From Ruminococcus albus 7 = DSM 20455 (GTDB lineage Bacteria; Bacillota; Clostridia; Oscillospirales; Ruminococcaceae), in contig NC_014833.1 of the NCBI RefSeq assembly GCF_000179635.2, positions 690,001 through 722,000 of the forward strand: 32,000 nt of DNA, written 5' to 3'. Of the stretch, positions 17,198 to 25,900 are shown in pieces. How positions within the stretch are numbered: the first letter of the stretch is position 1; each line of letters begins with the position of its first letter. The translations under genes were made by a program, and so were the position numbers. The notes under the pieces are model-generated. The model was given only the letters and a program-made list of their open reading frames with translations, made no database searches and had not been told where the DNA came from.

Positions 17198-18238
17198 ATG
17201 GCAAATGTAAAAGTTGCAATTAATGGTTTTGGTCGTATCGGCCGTCTGGCTTTCAGACAGATGTTCGGTGCAGAGGGTTATGAGATCGTTGCTATCAACG
17301 ACCTGACAAAGCCCTCCATGCTGGCTAACCTGCTGAAGTTCGATACCGCACAGGGCGGTTACTGCGGCAGAATAGGTGAGAATACTCACACTGTATCCGC
17401 TGATGATGAGGCTAACACCATCACAGTTGATGGCAAGACTCTTCAGATCTATGCAAAGGCTAACGCTGCTGAGCTGCCTTGGGGCGAGCTGGGTGTTGAC
17501 GTTGTTCTCGAGTGCACAGGTTTCTACTGCTCAAAGGCTAAGAGCCAGGCTCACATCGACGCTGGCGCTAAGAAGGTAGTTATCTCTGCTCCTGCAGGCA
17601 ACGATCTGCCTACAATCGTTTTCTCTGTTAACGAGAAGACTCTGACTAAGGATGACAAGATCATTTCTGCTGCATCCTGCACAACTAACTGCCTCGCACC
17701 TATGGCTAAGGCACTGAATGACTACGCTCCTATCCAGAGCGGTATCATGAGCACCATCCACGCTTACACAGGCGATCAGATGATCCTCGATGGTCCTCAC
17801 AGAAAGGGCGATATGAGAAGAGCTAGAGCTGGCGCTGCTAACATCGTTCCTAACAGCACCGGTGCTGCTAAGGCAATCGGTCTGGTTATCCCTGAGCTGA
17901 ACGGCAAGCTGATCGGTTCTGCACAGAGAGTTCCTGTTCCTACAGGTTCTACAACTATCTTGACTGCAGTTGTTAAGAAGGCTGACGTTACTGTTGACGG
18001 CATCAACGCTGCTATGAAGGCTGCTGCTTCCGAGAGCTTCGGTTACAACACCGATCCTATCGTTTCTTCTGACGTTATCGGCATGAGATTCGGTTCTCTG
18101 TTCGATGCAACTCAGACAATGGTTTCCAAGATCTCTGATGATCTGTACGAGGTACAGGTTGTTTCTTGGTACGACAACGAGAATTCTTACACATCTCAGA
18201 TGGTAAGAACTATCAAGTACTTTGCAGAGCTGGGCTAA
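17198..18238 (+). CDS. gap: Glyceraldehyde-3-phosphate dehydrogenase (type I)
   Basis: ATG at 17198 follows AGGAGG. It has [16 protein letters not shown], the active site [12 protein letters not shown], and WYDNE near the C-terminus. Confidence 0.95.
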   Translation: MANVKVAINGFGRIGRLAFRQMFGAEGYEIVAINDLTKPSMLANLLKFDTAQGGYCGRIGENTHTVSADDEANTITVDGKTLQIYAKANAAELPWGELGVDVVLECTGFYCSKAKSQAHIDAGAKKVVISAPAGNDLPTIVFSVNEKTLTKDDKIISAASCTTNCLAPMAKALNDYAPIQSGIMSTIHAYTGDQMILDGPHRKGDMRRARAGAANIVPNSTGAAKAIGLVIPELNGKLIGSAQRVPVPTGSTTILTAVVKKADVTVDGINAAMKAAASESFGYNTDPIVSSDVIGMRFGSLFDATQTMVSKISDDLYEVQVVSWYDNENSYTSQMVRTIKYFAELG

Positions 18239-18261
18239 TCCCAATTAATTGCAACGATATA

Positions 18262-18296
18262 TCCCCCGAGGTCGTCAGGATCTCGGGGGATTTTTG
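18262..18296. terminator. Terminator shared by gap (+) and the convergent lipoprotein gene
   Basis: A 9-bp stem TCCCCCGAG/CTCGGGGGA with an 11-nt loop, followed by TTTTT on the + strand. Confidence 0.8.
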
Positions 18297-19145
18297 TCAG
18301 TTATCCCAGCTTCTTGAGATATTTCTCTTTTCTTCTTCGTTTATTATTTCATTTAACACTGAAAAATATGGAATCATGATAGCGTCCCAATATTCACTTG
18401 CAGCATCTATATCCAAAGAGTCGTTTTCATCTACTTGATATTTATGATTAATATCAGGATATAGTAACTTCCAACAATCTATTATTATTCCATGATTGCA
18501 AGTTATTTTACAGGTAGTATAATCGTCATTACGTTCAATCTTTTCAACAGAAATATCTGCACCAGTGTACCTTGATAATATTTCAGAGAAAGTAAGTTCC
18601 TCTTTTTCAGATGCAAATCCGTTTGGTGAATATTCACTTTCATAATATATGTATTTATCGTTTGAAAACATTCCTTCTGTTGGTCTAATCGTTAATGTGC
18701 TTACATCAACTAAGGCGTTATCATCATAAAGCATTTTACCCAAATTTGATAGACTTCCATAATTATAGAACTTATATAAGTAAGTTTTTCCACTTTCTGT
18801 CATAGCAACTTTCCAAGGAGCGTCAGATTCTGATATTTCGCTATAATCGACTATTTTCGTAACTTTTTCTTGTGCATCATTTTCAACAACTTTTATAAAC
18901 GCTTCCTGCATTGGCAGTTTTTCATGCTCAATTATTGGCTCGATGACAGGTGCGGTCGTTGTCGTTTCAGCTGTAGTAGTTGTTTCTGTAACAGTTGTTT
19001 CAGTGGGCTGTTCAGATTCAGCTTCGTTGGTGTTTGCAACGGTTGTTGTGGTCGTGGTTTCTTTTGCTGTGCTGTTTGCAGTTTCACCACATGATGACAT
19101 AACTGCGATCACAGCAAGGATAAATGGGAATATCCGTTTTTTCAT
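18297..19145 (-). CDS. Lipoprotein of unknown function with a Thr-rich linker (low-GC gene)
   Basis: I place the start at ATG 19145 (MKKRIF), 5 nt after GAGGTGA; the track's GTG at 19154 lies inside the RBS. It has the lipobox VMSSC|G and a T/E-rich linker (TTTTTTVANTNEAESEQPTETTVTETTTTAETTTTAP). I do not recognise any domain. Confidence 0.7.
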   Translation of the reverse strand: MKKRIFPFILAVIAVMSSCGETANSTAKETTTTTTVANTNEAESEQPTETTVTETTTTAETTTTAPVIEPIIEHEKLPMQEAFIKVVENDAQEKVTKIVDYSEISESDAPWKVAMTESGKTYLYKFYNYGSLSNLGKMLYDDNALVDVSTLTIRPTEGMFSNDKYIYYESEYSPNGFASEKEELTFSEILSRYTGADISVEKIERNDDYTTCKITCNHGIIIDCWKLLYPDINHKYQVDENDSLDIDAASEYWDAIMIPYFSVLNEIINEEEKRNISRSWDN

Positions 19146-19190
19146 AATGATCACCTCATTTTATAAAATATCCCGACTTGGGATATTTCT

Positions 19191-19211
19191 ATTATACCAT
19201 AATGGTATAAT
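19191..19211. promoter_or_regulatory. Perfect 21-bp palindrome carrying two opposed extended -10 boxes (candidate operator)
   Basis: ATTATACCAT-A-ATGGTATAAT. Read on either strand it gives TGgTATAAT, facing the XRE gene (+) and the lipoprotein gene (-). Confidence 0.55.
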
Positions 19212-19230
19212 AGTGTCAAGAGGTGGTAGC

Positions 19231-19437
19231 ATGAGATTGAAAGAACTGCGAAAGAAAAAGCACATAACTCAGCTCAGGCTAGCTATGGATCTGAACATGA
19301 ACCAGAATAGCATAAGCCGTTACGAAACTGGTGAGCGTGAAGCGGATTATAAAACGCTTATCCTTTTTGCTGATTATTTCGGAGTTTCCATAGATTACCT
19401 CTTAGAACGCACTGACGACCCCACCTTTCACAAATGA
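19231..19437 (+). CDS. XRE-family helix-turn-helix transcriptional regulator (68 aa)
   Basis: ATG at 19231 follows AGGTGG. ITQLRLAMDLNMNQNSISRYETGEREADYKTLILFADYFGVSIDYLL is a classic Cro/CI HTH. The track's long N-terminal extension is antisense to the lipoprotein gene. Confidence 0.88.
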   Translation: MRLKELRKKKHITQLRLAMDLNMNQNSISRYETGEREADYKTLILFADYFGVSIDYLLERTDDPTFHK

Positions 19438-19441
19438 CTTT

Positions 19442-19462
19442 CTGCCTTCGGGCAGTTTTTTT
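19442..19462 (+). terminator. Rho-independent terminator after the XRE gene
   Basis: CTGCC-TTCG-GGCAG (UUCG tetraloop), followed by T7. Confidence 0.7.
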
Positions 19463-19466
19463 ATTC

Positions 19467-19494
19467 ACCCACCCGTCTTCTCCCGCATAAAATA
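19467..19494 (+). promoter_or_regulatory. Candidate sigma-K-type (mother-cell) promoter of dpaAB
   Basis: AC (19467-19468), 17 nt, then CATAaaaTA (19486-19494). This fits the remembered Bacillus sigma-K consensus AC-N16-17-CATA---TA. No sigma-A -35/-10 pair is visible here. Confidence 0.4.
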
Positions 19495-19522
19495 TGATAA
19501 ATTAATAAAGGGAGGTCACATA

Positions 19523-20341
19523 ATGAAAAGTACTGTATTCCTGTGCGTGGAGGGAGATACGCGGCAGGCGTATGTGTGTGAAAGCCTAAGGGCTTTCGGA
19601 AATGTATATATCATTGGAAAAGACGGTGCGGTTCCCGAGAATATGCCCGAAAAAGCTGACGTTCTTGTGCTGCCGATGATGACGGGCGAAGAATATGATA
19701 TTGACCCGGCTATGGTCACATCACATTTAATATCTGGAGGACTTGTTCTTGGCGGAAGACTTTCACATGGTCAGAAAAAGCTTTTCAGTGATATGGGGTT
19801 TTCTGCAGAAGATTATTTTTTGCGTGAAAGTCTTGCGCTGAAAAATGCTGTCCCCACTGCTGAAGGTACACTTATGACGGTCATGGCGAATACCACCGGC
19901 ACTGTTTATCAAAGCAGGATCCTCGTTCTGGGTTATGGCAGAACGGGAAAGTCTTGTGCGCGACTGTTCAGCGCGGCTGGCGCTGATTGCACCGTTGCCG
20001 CGCGCCGCCCCGAAATCCTTGCACAGGCGTGGTCTGATGGTCATCATACCGTTCATCTTTCCGATATAGCCAATAGTGCGGACAGCTTCGATACTATTAT
20101 AAATACAGTACCTGCTGTGGTGCTCACGGAGGAAATACTGTCATGTGTCCAAAAAAACTGCCTTATTGTGGATCTGGCATCAATGCCTGGCGGCACAGAC
20201 TTCTTTGCTGCCGAAAGGCTGGGCATAAAAGCCATTCATGCCCTGGCACTGCCTGCAAAAGCCGCACCTGCCGCATCAGGAAGGTATATTGCTGAAACCA
20301 TTATTGAGATGTTAGAAGAAAGGGGGATGACCAATTGCTGA
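19523..20341 (+). CDS. dpaA: Dipicolinate synthase subunit A
   Basis: It has the Rossmann motif VLGYGRTGKSCA, then TVPAVVLTEE and DLASMPGGTDF...LGIKAIHALALPAK, typical of SpoVFA. RBS is AGGGAGG. Confidence 0.85.
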   Translation: MKSTVFLCVEGDTRQAYVCESLRAFGNVYIIGKDGAVPENMPEKADVLVLPMMTGEEYDIDPAMVTSHLISGGLVLGGRLSHGQKKLFSDMGFSAEDYFLRESLALKNAVPTAEGTLMTVMANTTGTVYQSRILVLGYGRTGKSCARLFSAAGADCTVAARRPEILAQAWSDGHHTVHLSDIANSADSFDTIINTVPAVVLTEEILSCVQKNCLIVDLASMPGGTDFFAAERLGIKAIHALALPAKAAPAASGRYIAETIIEMLEERGMTNC

Positions 20342-20925
20342 CAGAGAACAAACTGAATGGCATAAGGATAGGCTATGCCCTGTCAGGTTCGTTCTGTACC
20401 TTTGAGAAAAGCCTTGCTGCAGCTGAGGTGCTTCGTTCAATGGGTGCCGAACTGCTTCCGGTCATGTCATTCAATGCCGCTTCACTTGATACCCGTTTCG
20501 GCAAAGCTGAAGATTTCATCCGCCGCCTTGAAGCTATCGCAGACAGACCCGTAATAAAAACTATCGCTGATGCCGAACCAATAGGTCCCCGAAAGCTGTG
20601 CGATATAATGGTTGTTGCACCCTGTACCGCCAATACAGCCGCCAAGCTGGCACTTGGCATTACCGATACGCCCCTGACTATGGCAGTAAAGAGCCACCTC
20701 CGAAGCGGCCGACCTGTTGTTGTGGCGATATCCACAAATGATGCCCTTGGCGCTTGTGCAAAAAATATAGGCATCCTTCATAACTACCGCCATTACTACT
20801 TTGCTCCCTATTCTCAGGATGACCACGCAGGAAAGCCTGCATCAATGGTTGCAGATCTTTCTCTCCTCCCTGATACTGTCGCCCTTGCACTTGAGGGCGT
20901 GCAGATACAGCCCGTGATACGCTGA
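20335..20925 (+). CDS. dpaB: Dipicolinate synthase subunit B (flavoprotein)
   Basis: TTG start 7 nt after AGGGGGA, overlapping the dpaA stop by 7 nt. IGYALSGSFCTF, MVVAPCTANTAAKLALGITDTP and ISTNDALG are SpoVFB/flavoprotein motifs. Confidence 0.85.
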   Translation: MLTENKLNGIRIGYALSGSFCTFEKSLAAAEVLRSMGAELLPVMSFNAASLDTRFGKAEDFIRRLEAIADRPVIKTIADAEPIGPRKLCDIMVVAPCTANTAAKLALGITDTPLTMAVKSHLRSGRPVVVAISTNDALGACAKNIGILHNYRHYYFAPYSQDDHAGKPASMVADLSLLPDTVALALEGVQIQPVIR

Positions 20926-20930
20926 AAGTA

Positions 20931-20959
20931 TTGACTTTTCAGCGCTGTTGCTTTATAAT
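20931..20959 (+). promoter_or_regulatory. Sigma-A-type promoter of the AAA-CYTH gene
   Basis: TTGACT (20931-20936), a 17-nt spacer, then TATAAT (20954-20959). Confidence 0.55.
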
Positions 20960-21022
20960 ATATATGCGAAGAACGGTGCGTAACGTCCCGTCCTTAAAGT
21001 AACAGCATCGGGAGGTCATACT

Positions 21023-22108
21023 ATGGATATAGTAAAGATCGTCATCACGGGCGGACCGTGTGGAGGAAAATCAACGGCTATGAGCCTTATCATGAAAGAG
21101 TTTGATAAACTCGGTTATACGGTGCTTTTCGTGCCTGAAACAGCAAGCGAGCTCATAGGCGGCGGAGTAGCCCCCTGGACCTGCGGCAGAAATGTTGATT
21201 TCCAGAAATGTCTGTTTGCCCTGCAGCTTGAAAAAGAAAGGGTATTCCGTCAGGCAGCTATGACTATGGGCAAGGATAAGTACCTGATAGTGTGCGACAG
21301 GGGAGCTCTTGACAATAAGGCATATATGTCCTCTGATGAGTTTACCGAAGTGCTTGACAGTATCGGCATGAAAGAGGTCGAGCTCCGCGACAACTATGAT
21401 GCGGTGTTTCACCTTGTTACTGCGGCAAAGGGTGCTGAAAAGTTCTATACCCTTGATAATAATACCGCAAGGACTGAAACCCCCGAGCAGGCACGCGAGA
21501 TAGATGAAAAGATAATCGCCTCATGGACTGGTCATCCTCATCTCAGGGTAATAGATAATTCCACCGACTTTGAAGGCAAAATGCAAAGGCTAATGGCTGA
21601 GATAGCTTCGTTCCTTGGGGAGCCTGAGCCCCTTGAGATAGAGCGTAAATTTCTTATCGAATATCCCGACACTGCTATGCTGGAGGCACTGCCCAACTGC
21701 TCGCGTGTGGAGATAATACAGACCTATCTGAAATCAGATAACGGCGATGAAGTCCGCGTGCGCCAGCGCGGCACAGGCGGAAGTTTCGTATACTACCTCA
21801 CCCGCAAGAAAAAGATATCCGAGATGAAGCGCGTTGAGATAGAACGCAGACTTACTCAGGAAGAATACCTTGCCATGCTTATGGAAGCCGATACATCCAG
21901 AAGACAGATACGAAAGACAAGGTATTGTCTTTCCGAGAACAACCTATATTACGAGATAGATGTCTATCCCTTTTGGGATGACAAGGCTATCGCAGAGATA
22001 GAACTCAGTAACGAGAGCACCGAGATAGTGTTCCCTGATTTCATAAAGGTGATAAAGGAAGTCACCGATGACGAATCCTATAAAAACGCTGCACTTGCAC
22101 TGATATAA
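21023..22108 (+). CDS. P-loop NTPase (AAA_28/NadR-kinase-like) fused to a CYTH triphosphate-tunnel domain
   Basis: The N-terminal half has Walker A ITGGPCGGKST and Walker-B-like YLIVCDRG. The C-terminal half starts with the CYTH ExExK signature (LEIERKFLI) and has later acidic/basic strands (VRVRQRG, YEIDVY, AEIEL). Confidence 0.75.
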   Translation: MDIVKIVITGGPCGGKSTAMSLIMKEFDKLGYTVLFVPETASELIGGGVAPWTCGRNVDFQKCLFALQLEKERVFRQAAMTMGKDKYLIVCDRGALDNKAYMSSDEFTEVLDSIGMKEVELRDNYDAVFHLVTAAKGAEKFYTLDNNTARTETPEQAREIDEKIIASWTGHPHLRVIDNSTDFEGKMQRLMAEIASFLGEPEPLEIERKFLIEYPDTAMLEALPNCSRVEIIQTYLKSDNGDEVRVRQRGTGGSFVYYLTRKKKISEMKRVEIERRLTQEEYLAMLMEADTSRRQIRKTRYCLSENNLYYEIDVYPFWDDKAIAEIELSNESTEIVFPDFIKVIKEVTDDESYKNAALALI

Positions 22109-22119
22109 TAAAGCACAAA

Positions 22120-22155
22120 GCCCGAAAGAGGAACATCCTTTTTCGGGCATTTTTT
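22120..22155 (+). terminator. Rho-independent terminator after the AAA-CYTH gene
   Basis: An 11-bp stem GCCCGAAAGAG/CTTTTCGGGC (one G-T pair) with a 7-nt loop, followed by ATTTTTT. Confidence 0.8.
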
Positions 22156-22823
22156 ATGGTTATCCCGCTGACACACTCAATTAAATGGTGTTATATCGGA
22201 ACTTGAAATACTTGGCGGTTATCCTTTTTCCCCACCTGCGGCGTGGGAAGGATAACTTCAACACGATGTTCTGTTATTATATAGTACTTTGTGGTGGCGT
22301 GCTAAAGGGATACCCATGTTTTTTTATCAGGATCATTATTTAAGCACATCATTTCATTGTACGATCTGCCAATGCTTCGCTGACGGGCTTTGTATAAACA
22401 AATGATTTTATATTTAACTCGGACATATTTCTGCAAGAGTTGTACAAAAACGTACAACTTTTTGAGGTTTTTCGCTGTATATAGAGGGACATGAAAATCC
22501 CGGCACATCAAAAGTGCCGTTTACATATATCGACCTCGGCACGCACGATGGCAGGCTGACGCTGACTATGACTGCGGGATATGAAGCGACGTGCTATACT
22601 GTGCAGAGGACAGCAGCTTGACAATTCTCACGGAGATACATTTCGCATTAAAGGCACAGCATGATCAGAAATCTGCTGCTGTGTATTTCCATGAGTTCAT
22701 AATTAATTTGCAGTAAGTTTTATCTTCATCGAATGATTCGGGCACACCGAGAAAAATGCGTAAAATAGGCTTTGTATTTAGTAAAATACGATGAAAATAT
22801 CACGATATATTTGAATAATAATA

Positions 22824-22852
22824 TTGAAAAGGATATGGGAATGTGATATAAT
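22824..22852 (+). promoter_or_regulatory. Sigma-A-type promoter of the giant repeat-protein gene
   Basis: TTGAAA (22824-22829), a 17-nt spacer, then TGaTATAAT (TATAAT at 22847-22852). It leaves an ~85-nt leader ending in the GGAGG RBS. Confidence 0.55.
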
Positions 22853-22940
22853 AAAATATTGAAAGAAGATTTATTTGTTAAGGGCGCAGGGCGCGTCCTG
22901 TTGGGTTAGAAAACGTGTATAATTAAACGGAGGTAATCGT

Positions 22941-25900
22941 ATGAAAAAAGTGTTGGCTGGTGTCTTGGCTGTCATGATGACTTTTTCGGGTACAGCTTTG
23001 CCCGAAAATCAGTTCTGGAAAGGTGCAGGTGTTATAAGTGCCTCTGCTGAAAACTGGACTTCGGTAAGATCTCTTACATCAGATATGACTGTGTCAGGCT
23101 CAGTAGAAACCAATAGTGATATCATCCTAAACGGACACACTCTTACTATCAACGGAGATCTGTATATGACAGCAGGTATGCTGGAAATGGGTACAGGTAA
23201 ACTTGTAGTAAACGGAAATCTTTATATAGGCAAATATAATGCGAGTTCGTATGCACACATCAGGATGCAGGACAGCTCAGCATCCATAACCGTCAAAGGT
23301 GATCTGAATTGGAATGTTGCAAAAAGTGAGTATATCGGAGAATATATTACAGCAGGTACTATAAATCTTGCCGGTGATGTGCGTGATTATGTGACATCGT
23401 ACGTGAATCCGAATGCATTTAGAATGTCAGGTACTGGAATTCTAAATCTCAATGGCACAGGGATCCAGACTATACAAGGCGGATACTGTTCTATTATAGC
23501 AAAGCTTAACATCACAAATAACCGTACAGTTGATTTGGAGGGCTTTTTTGATTCTGCTACCCCTCTAACCTCTGATCTGAATATCGTAACTCAGAATGGT
23601 ATTAAAATAACCCGTATGGTCATGGGCGGAAAGAATGTTACGATAACCGGAAAGGTCATTCAATTTGAAAAGGATATCGAACTTGGCGGCGGTACGCTCA
23701 CTATCAACGGTGATTTTATTGCTGAAGGCGGTGAAACAAAACTCGAAGGCGGAAAGCTGAACGTCAGCGGAGATTACAGTATAGGAAAGTTTACCAGCTT
23801 GGGTGAACTCGGATCCTCGGATGCGGGACTTGATATGTCGAACAGCAGTGATGTTGTTAACGTAGGCGGAAATTTCGCTATTAAAAACTGGGCAGGTTCT
23901 TCTCATTGTTCCACACAGATGACTGCAGGCAAAATGTATGTCGGCGGAAACTTCAGCTGCAGTTCAAGCCATGTAACATTCGGCTCGGGAAATACTGTTT
24001 ATATGAACGGTAACGGCCCTCAGACCGTAAATCTTACCCTTGGAAAGAAGATATATAATCTCGTACTGGTACAGGATCTTGATAAATATAATTCGGATAT
24101 AGCTAATTATGCCGTAAAGCTTGTGACAAATCAGCCTGATATTTCCAACGGTACAGTGACTCTCAGTTCGTCTTCCTATACCTATGACGGCACTGCCAAG
24201 CAGCCTGCTGTAACTGTAAAGTTAGACGGAAAAACACTCATCGAAGGTACTGATTATACCGTTACGTTTTCCGACAATACAAATAAAGGTACTGCTTCAG
24301 CCACGGTTAAAGGCAAGGGCAGCTATACAGGCACTGTCACAAAAACTTTCACCATCAATGCCGCAAATATCGGCAGTGCGGCACTTTCACCCTCAAGCTA
24401 TACCTATGACGGATCGGCAAAAACTCCCGGACTGACATATAATTCCAGAACTTTGGTGAAGAATACTGACTATACCGTAACCTATTCCAATAACACCAAT
24501 GCGGGTACTGCTACTGCATCTGTTACGGGCAAGGGGAATTTCACAGGCACCGCCACCAAGACTTTCGCCATAAGTGCCAAGAGCGCAAGCACCCTGACAA
24601 TGACAGTTTCGCCAACCAATTACACTTATGACGGTTCAGCGAAAAAGCCAACAGTTACGGTAAAGGACGGTTCTAAAACTCTTGTCAGCGGCACTGATTA
24701 TACTGTTTCATATTCCAATAACACAAATGTCGGCACAGCAACAGCGACAATAACCTGCAAAGGCAACTACACAGGAACAAAGTCCGCTAACTTTACAATA
24801 GGCAGTGCGGCGGCAACTCAGATAAGCACCTGCACTATCACCCTGGGAACAACATCCTATACCTACGACGGCACAGCAAAACAGCCTGCTGTCACTGTAA
24901 AGAACGGTTCTACTACTCTTACAAAGGGTACGGACTATGCAGTTTCATATTCAAACAATACTAATGCAGGAACAGCAACAGTGACCATTACAGGTGCAGG
25001 AAAATATACAGGCACCACTTCAAAGACTTTCACCATAAGTGCCAAGAGCGCAAATTCCCTGACAATGACAGTCTCACCAACCAATTACACTTATGACGGT
25101 TCAGCGAAAAAGCCAACAGTTACGGTAAAGGACGGTTCTAAAACTCTTGTCAGCGGCACTGATTATACTGTTTCATATTCCAATAATACTAATGTCGGCA
25201 CAGCAACAGCGACCATAACCTGCAAGGGCAACTACACAGGAACAAAGTCTGCTAACTTTACAATAGGCAGTGCAGCGGCAACTCAGATAAGCACCTGCAC
25301 TATCACCCTGGGAACAACATCCTATACCTACGACGGCACAGCAAAACAGCCTGCTGTCACTGTAAAGAATGGTTCTACTACTCTTACAAAGGGTACGGAC
25401 TATGCAGTTTCATATTCAAACAATACCAATGCAGGAACAGCAACAGTGACCATTACAGGCGCAGGAAAATATACAGGCACCGCTTCAAAGACTTTCACCA
25501 TAAGTGCCAAGAGCGCAAGCACCCTGACAATGACAGTTTCGCAAACCAATTACACTTATGACGGTTCAGCGAAAAAGCCAACAGTTACGGTAAAGGACGG
25601 TTCAAAAACTCTTGTCAGCGGCACTGATTATACTGTTTCATATTCCAATAATACTAATGTCGGAACAGCAACAGCGACCATAACCTGCAAGGGCAACTAC
25701 ACAGGAACAAAGTTCGCTAACTTTACGATAGGCAGTGCGGCAGCAACACAGATAAGCACCTGCACTATCACCCTGGGAACAACATCCTATACCTACGACG
25801 GCACAGCAAAACAGCCTGCTGTCACTGTAAAGAACGGTTCTGCTACTCTTACAAAGGGTACGGACTATATCGTTTCATATATCAATAATACCAATGCGGG

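Noticed and set aside
512-18244. Many 60-240-aa ORFs in the track lie antisense to or overlap recognisable genes. Examples: 1825-2172(-), 2045-2587(-), 3253-3828(-), 4402-4902(-), 5306-5737(-), 6464-6865(+), 8763-9206(-), 10088-10691(-), 12734-13075(+), 14335-14859(-), 15625-16143(-), 16528-17193(-) and 17531-18244(-).
   Set aside because: Each overlaps a gene whose translation has unmistakable family motifs on the other strand or frame. Their own translations are low-complexity (Ser/Cys/Arg-rich), have no RBS and show no recognisable motifs.
18943-19230. The 96-aa N-terminal extension of the XRE ORF offered by the track (MTGAVVVVSAVVVV...).
   Set aside because: It is the antisense reading of the Thr-rich linker of the lipoprotein gene and crosses the divergent promoter region. 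ATG 19231, with an AGGTGG RBS, gives a complete 68-aa HTH protein.
22302-22511. A 69-aa - strand ORF in the gene-poor stretch.
   Set aside because: It has no RBS. The sequence is basic and low-complexity with no recognisable motif, and it spans the orphan hairpin at 22439-22463. I treat it as non-coding, but with low certainty.
22915-22922. A second TGTATAAT box 20 nt upstream of the giant gene's ATG, considered as an alternative promoter.
   Set aside because: A start ~7 nt downstream would fall inside the GGAGG RBS, and there is no -35-like hexamer at 16-18 nt. The upstream TTGAAA-17-TATAAT pair is the better candidate.
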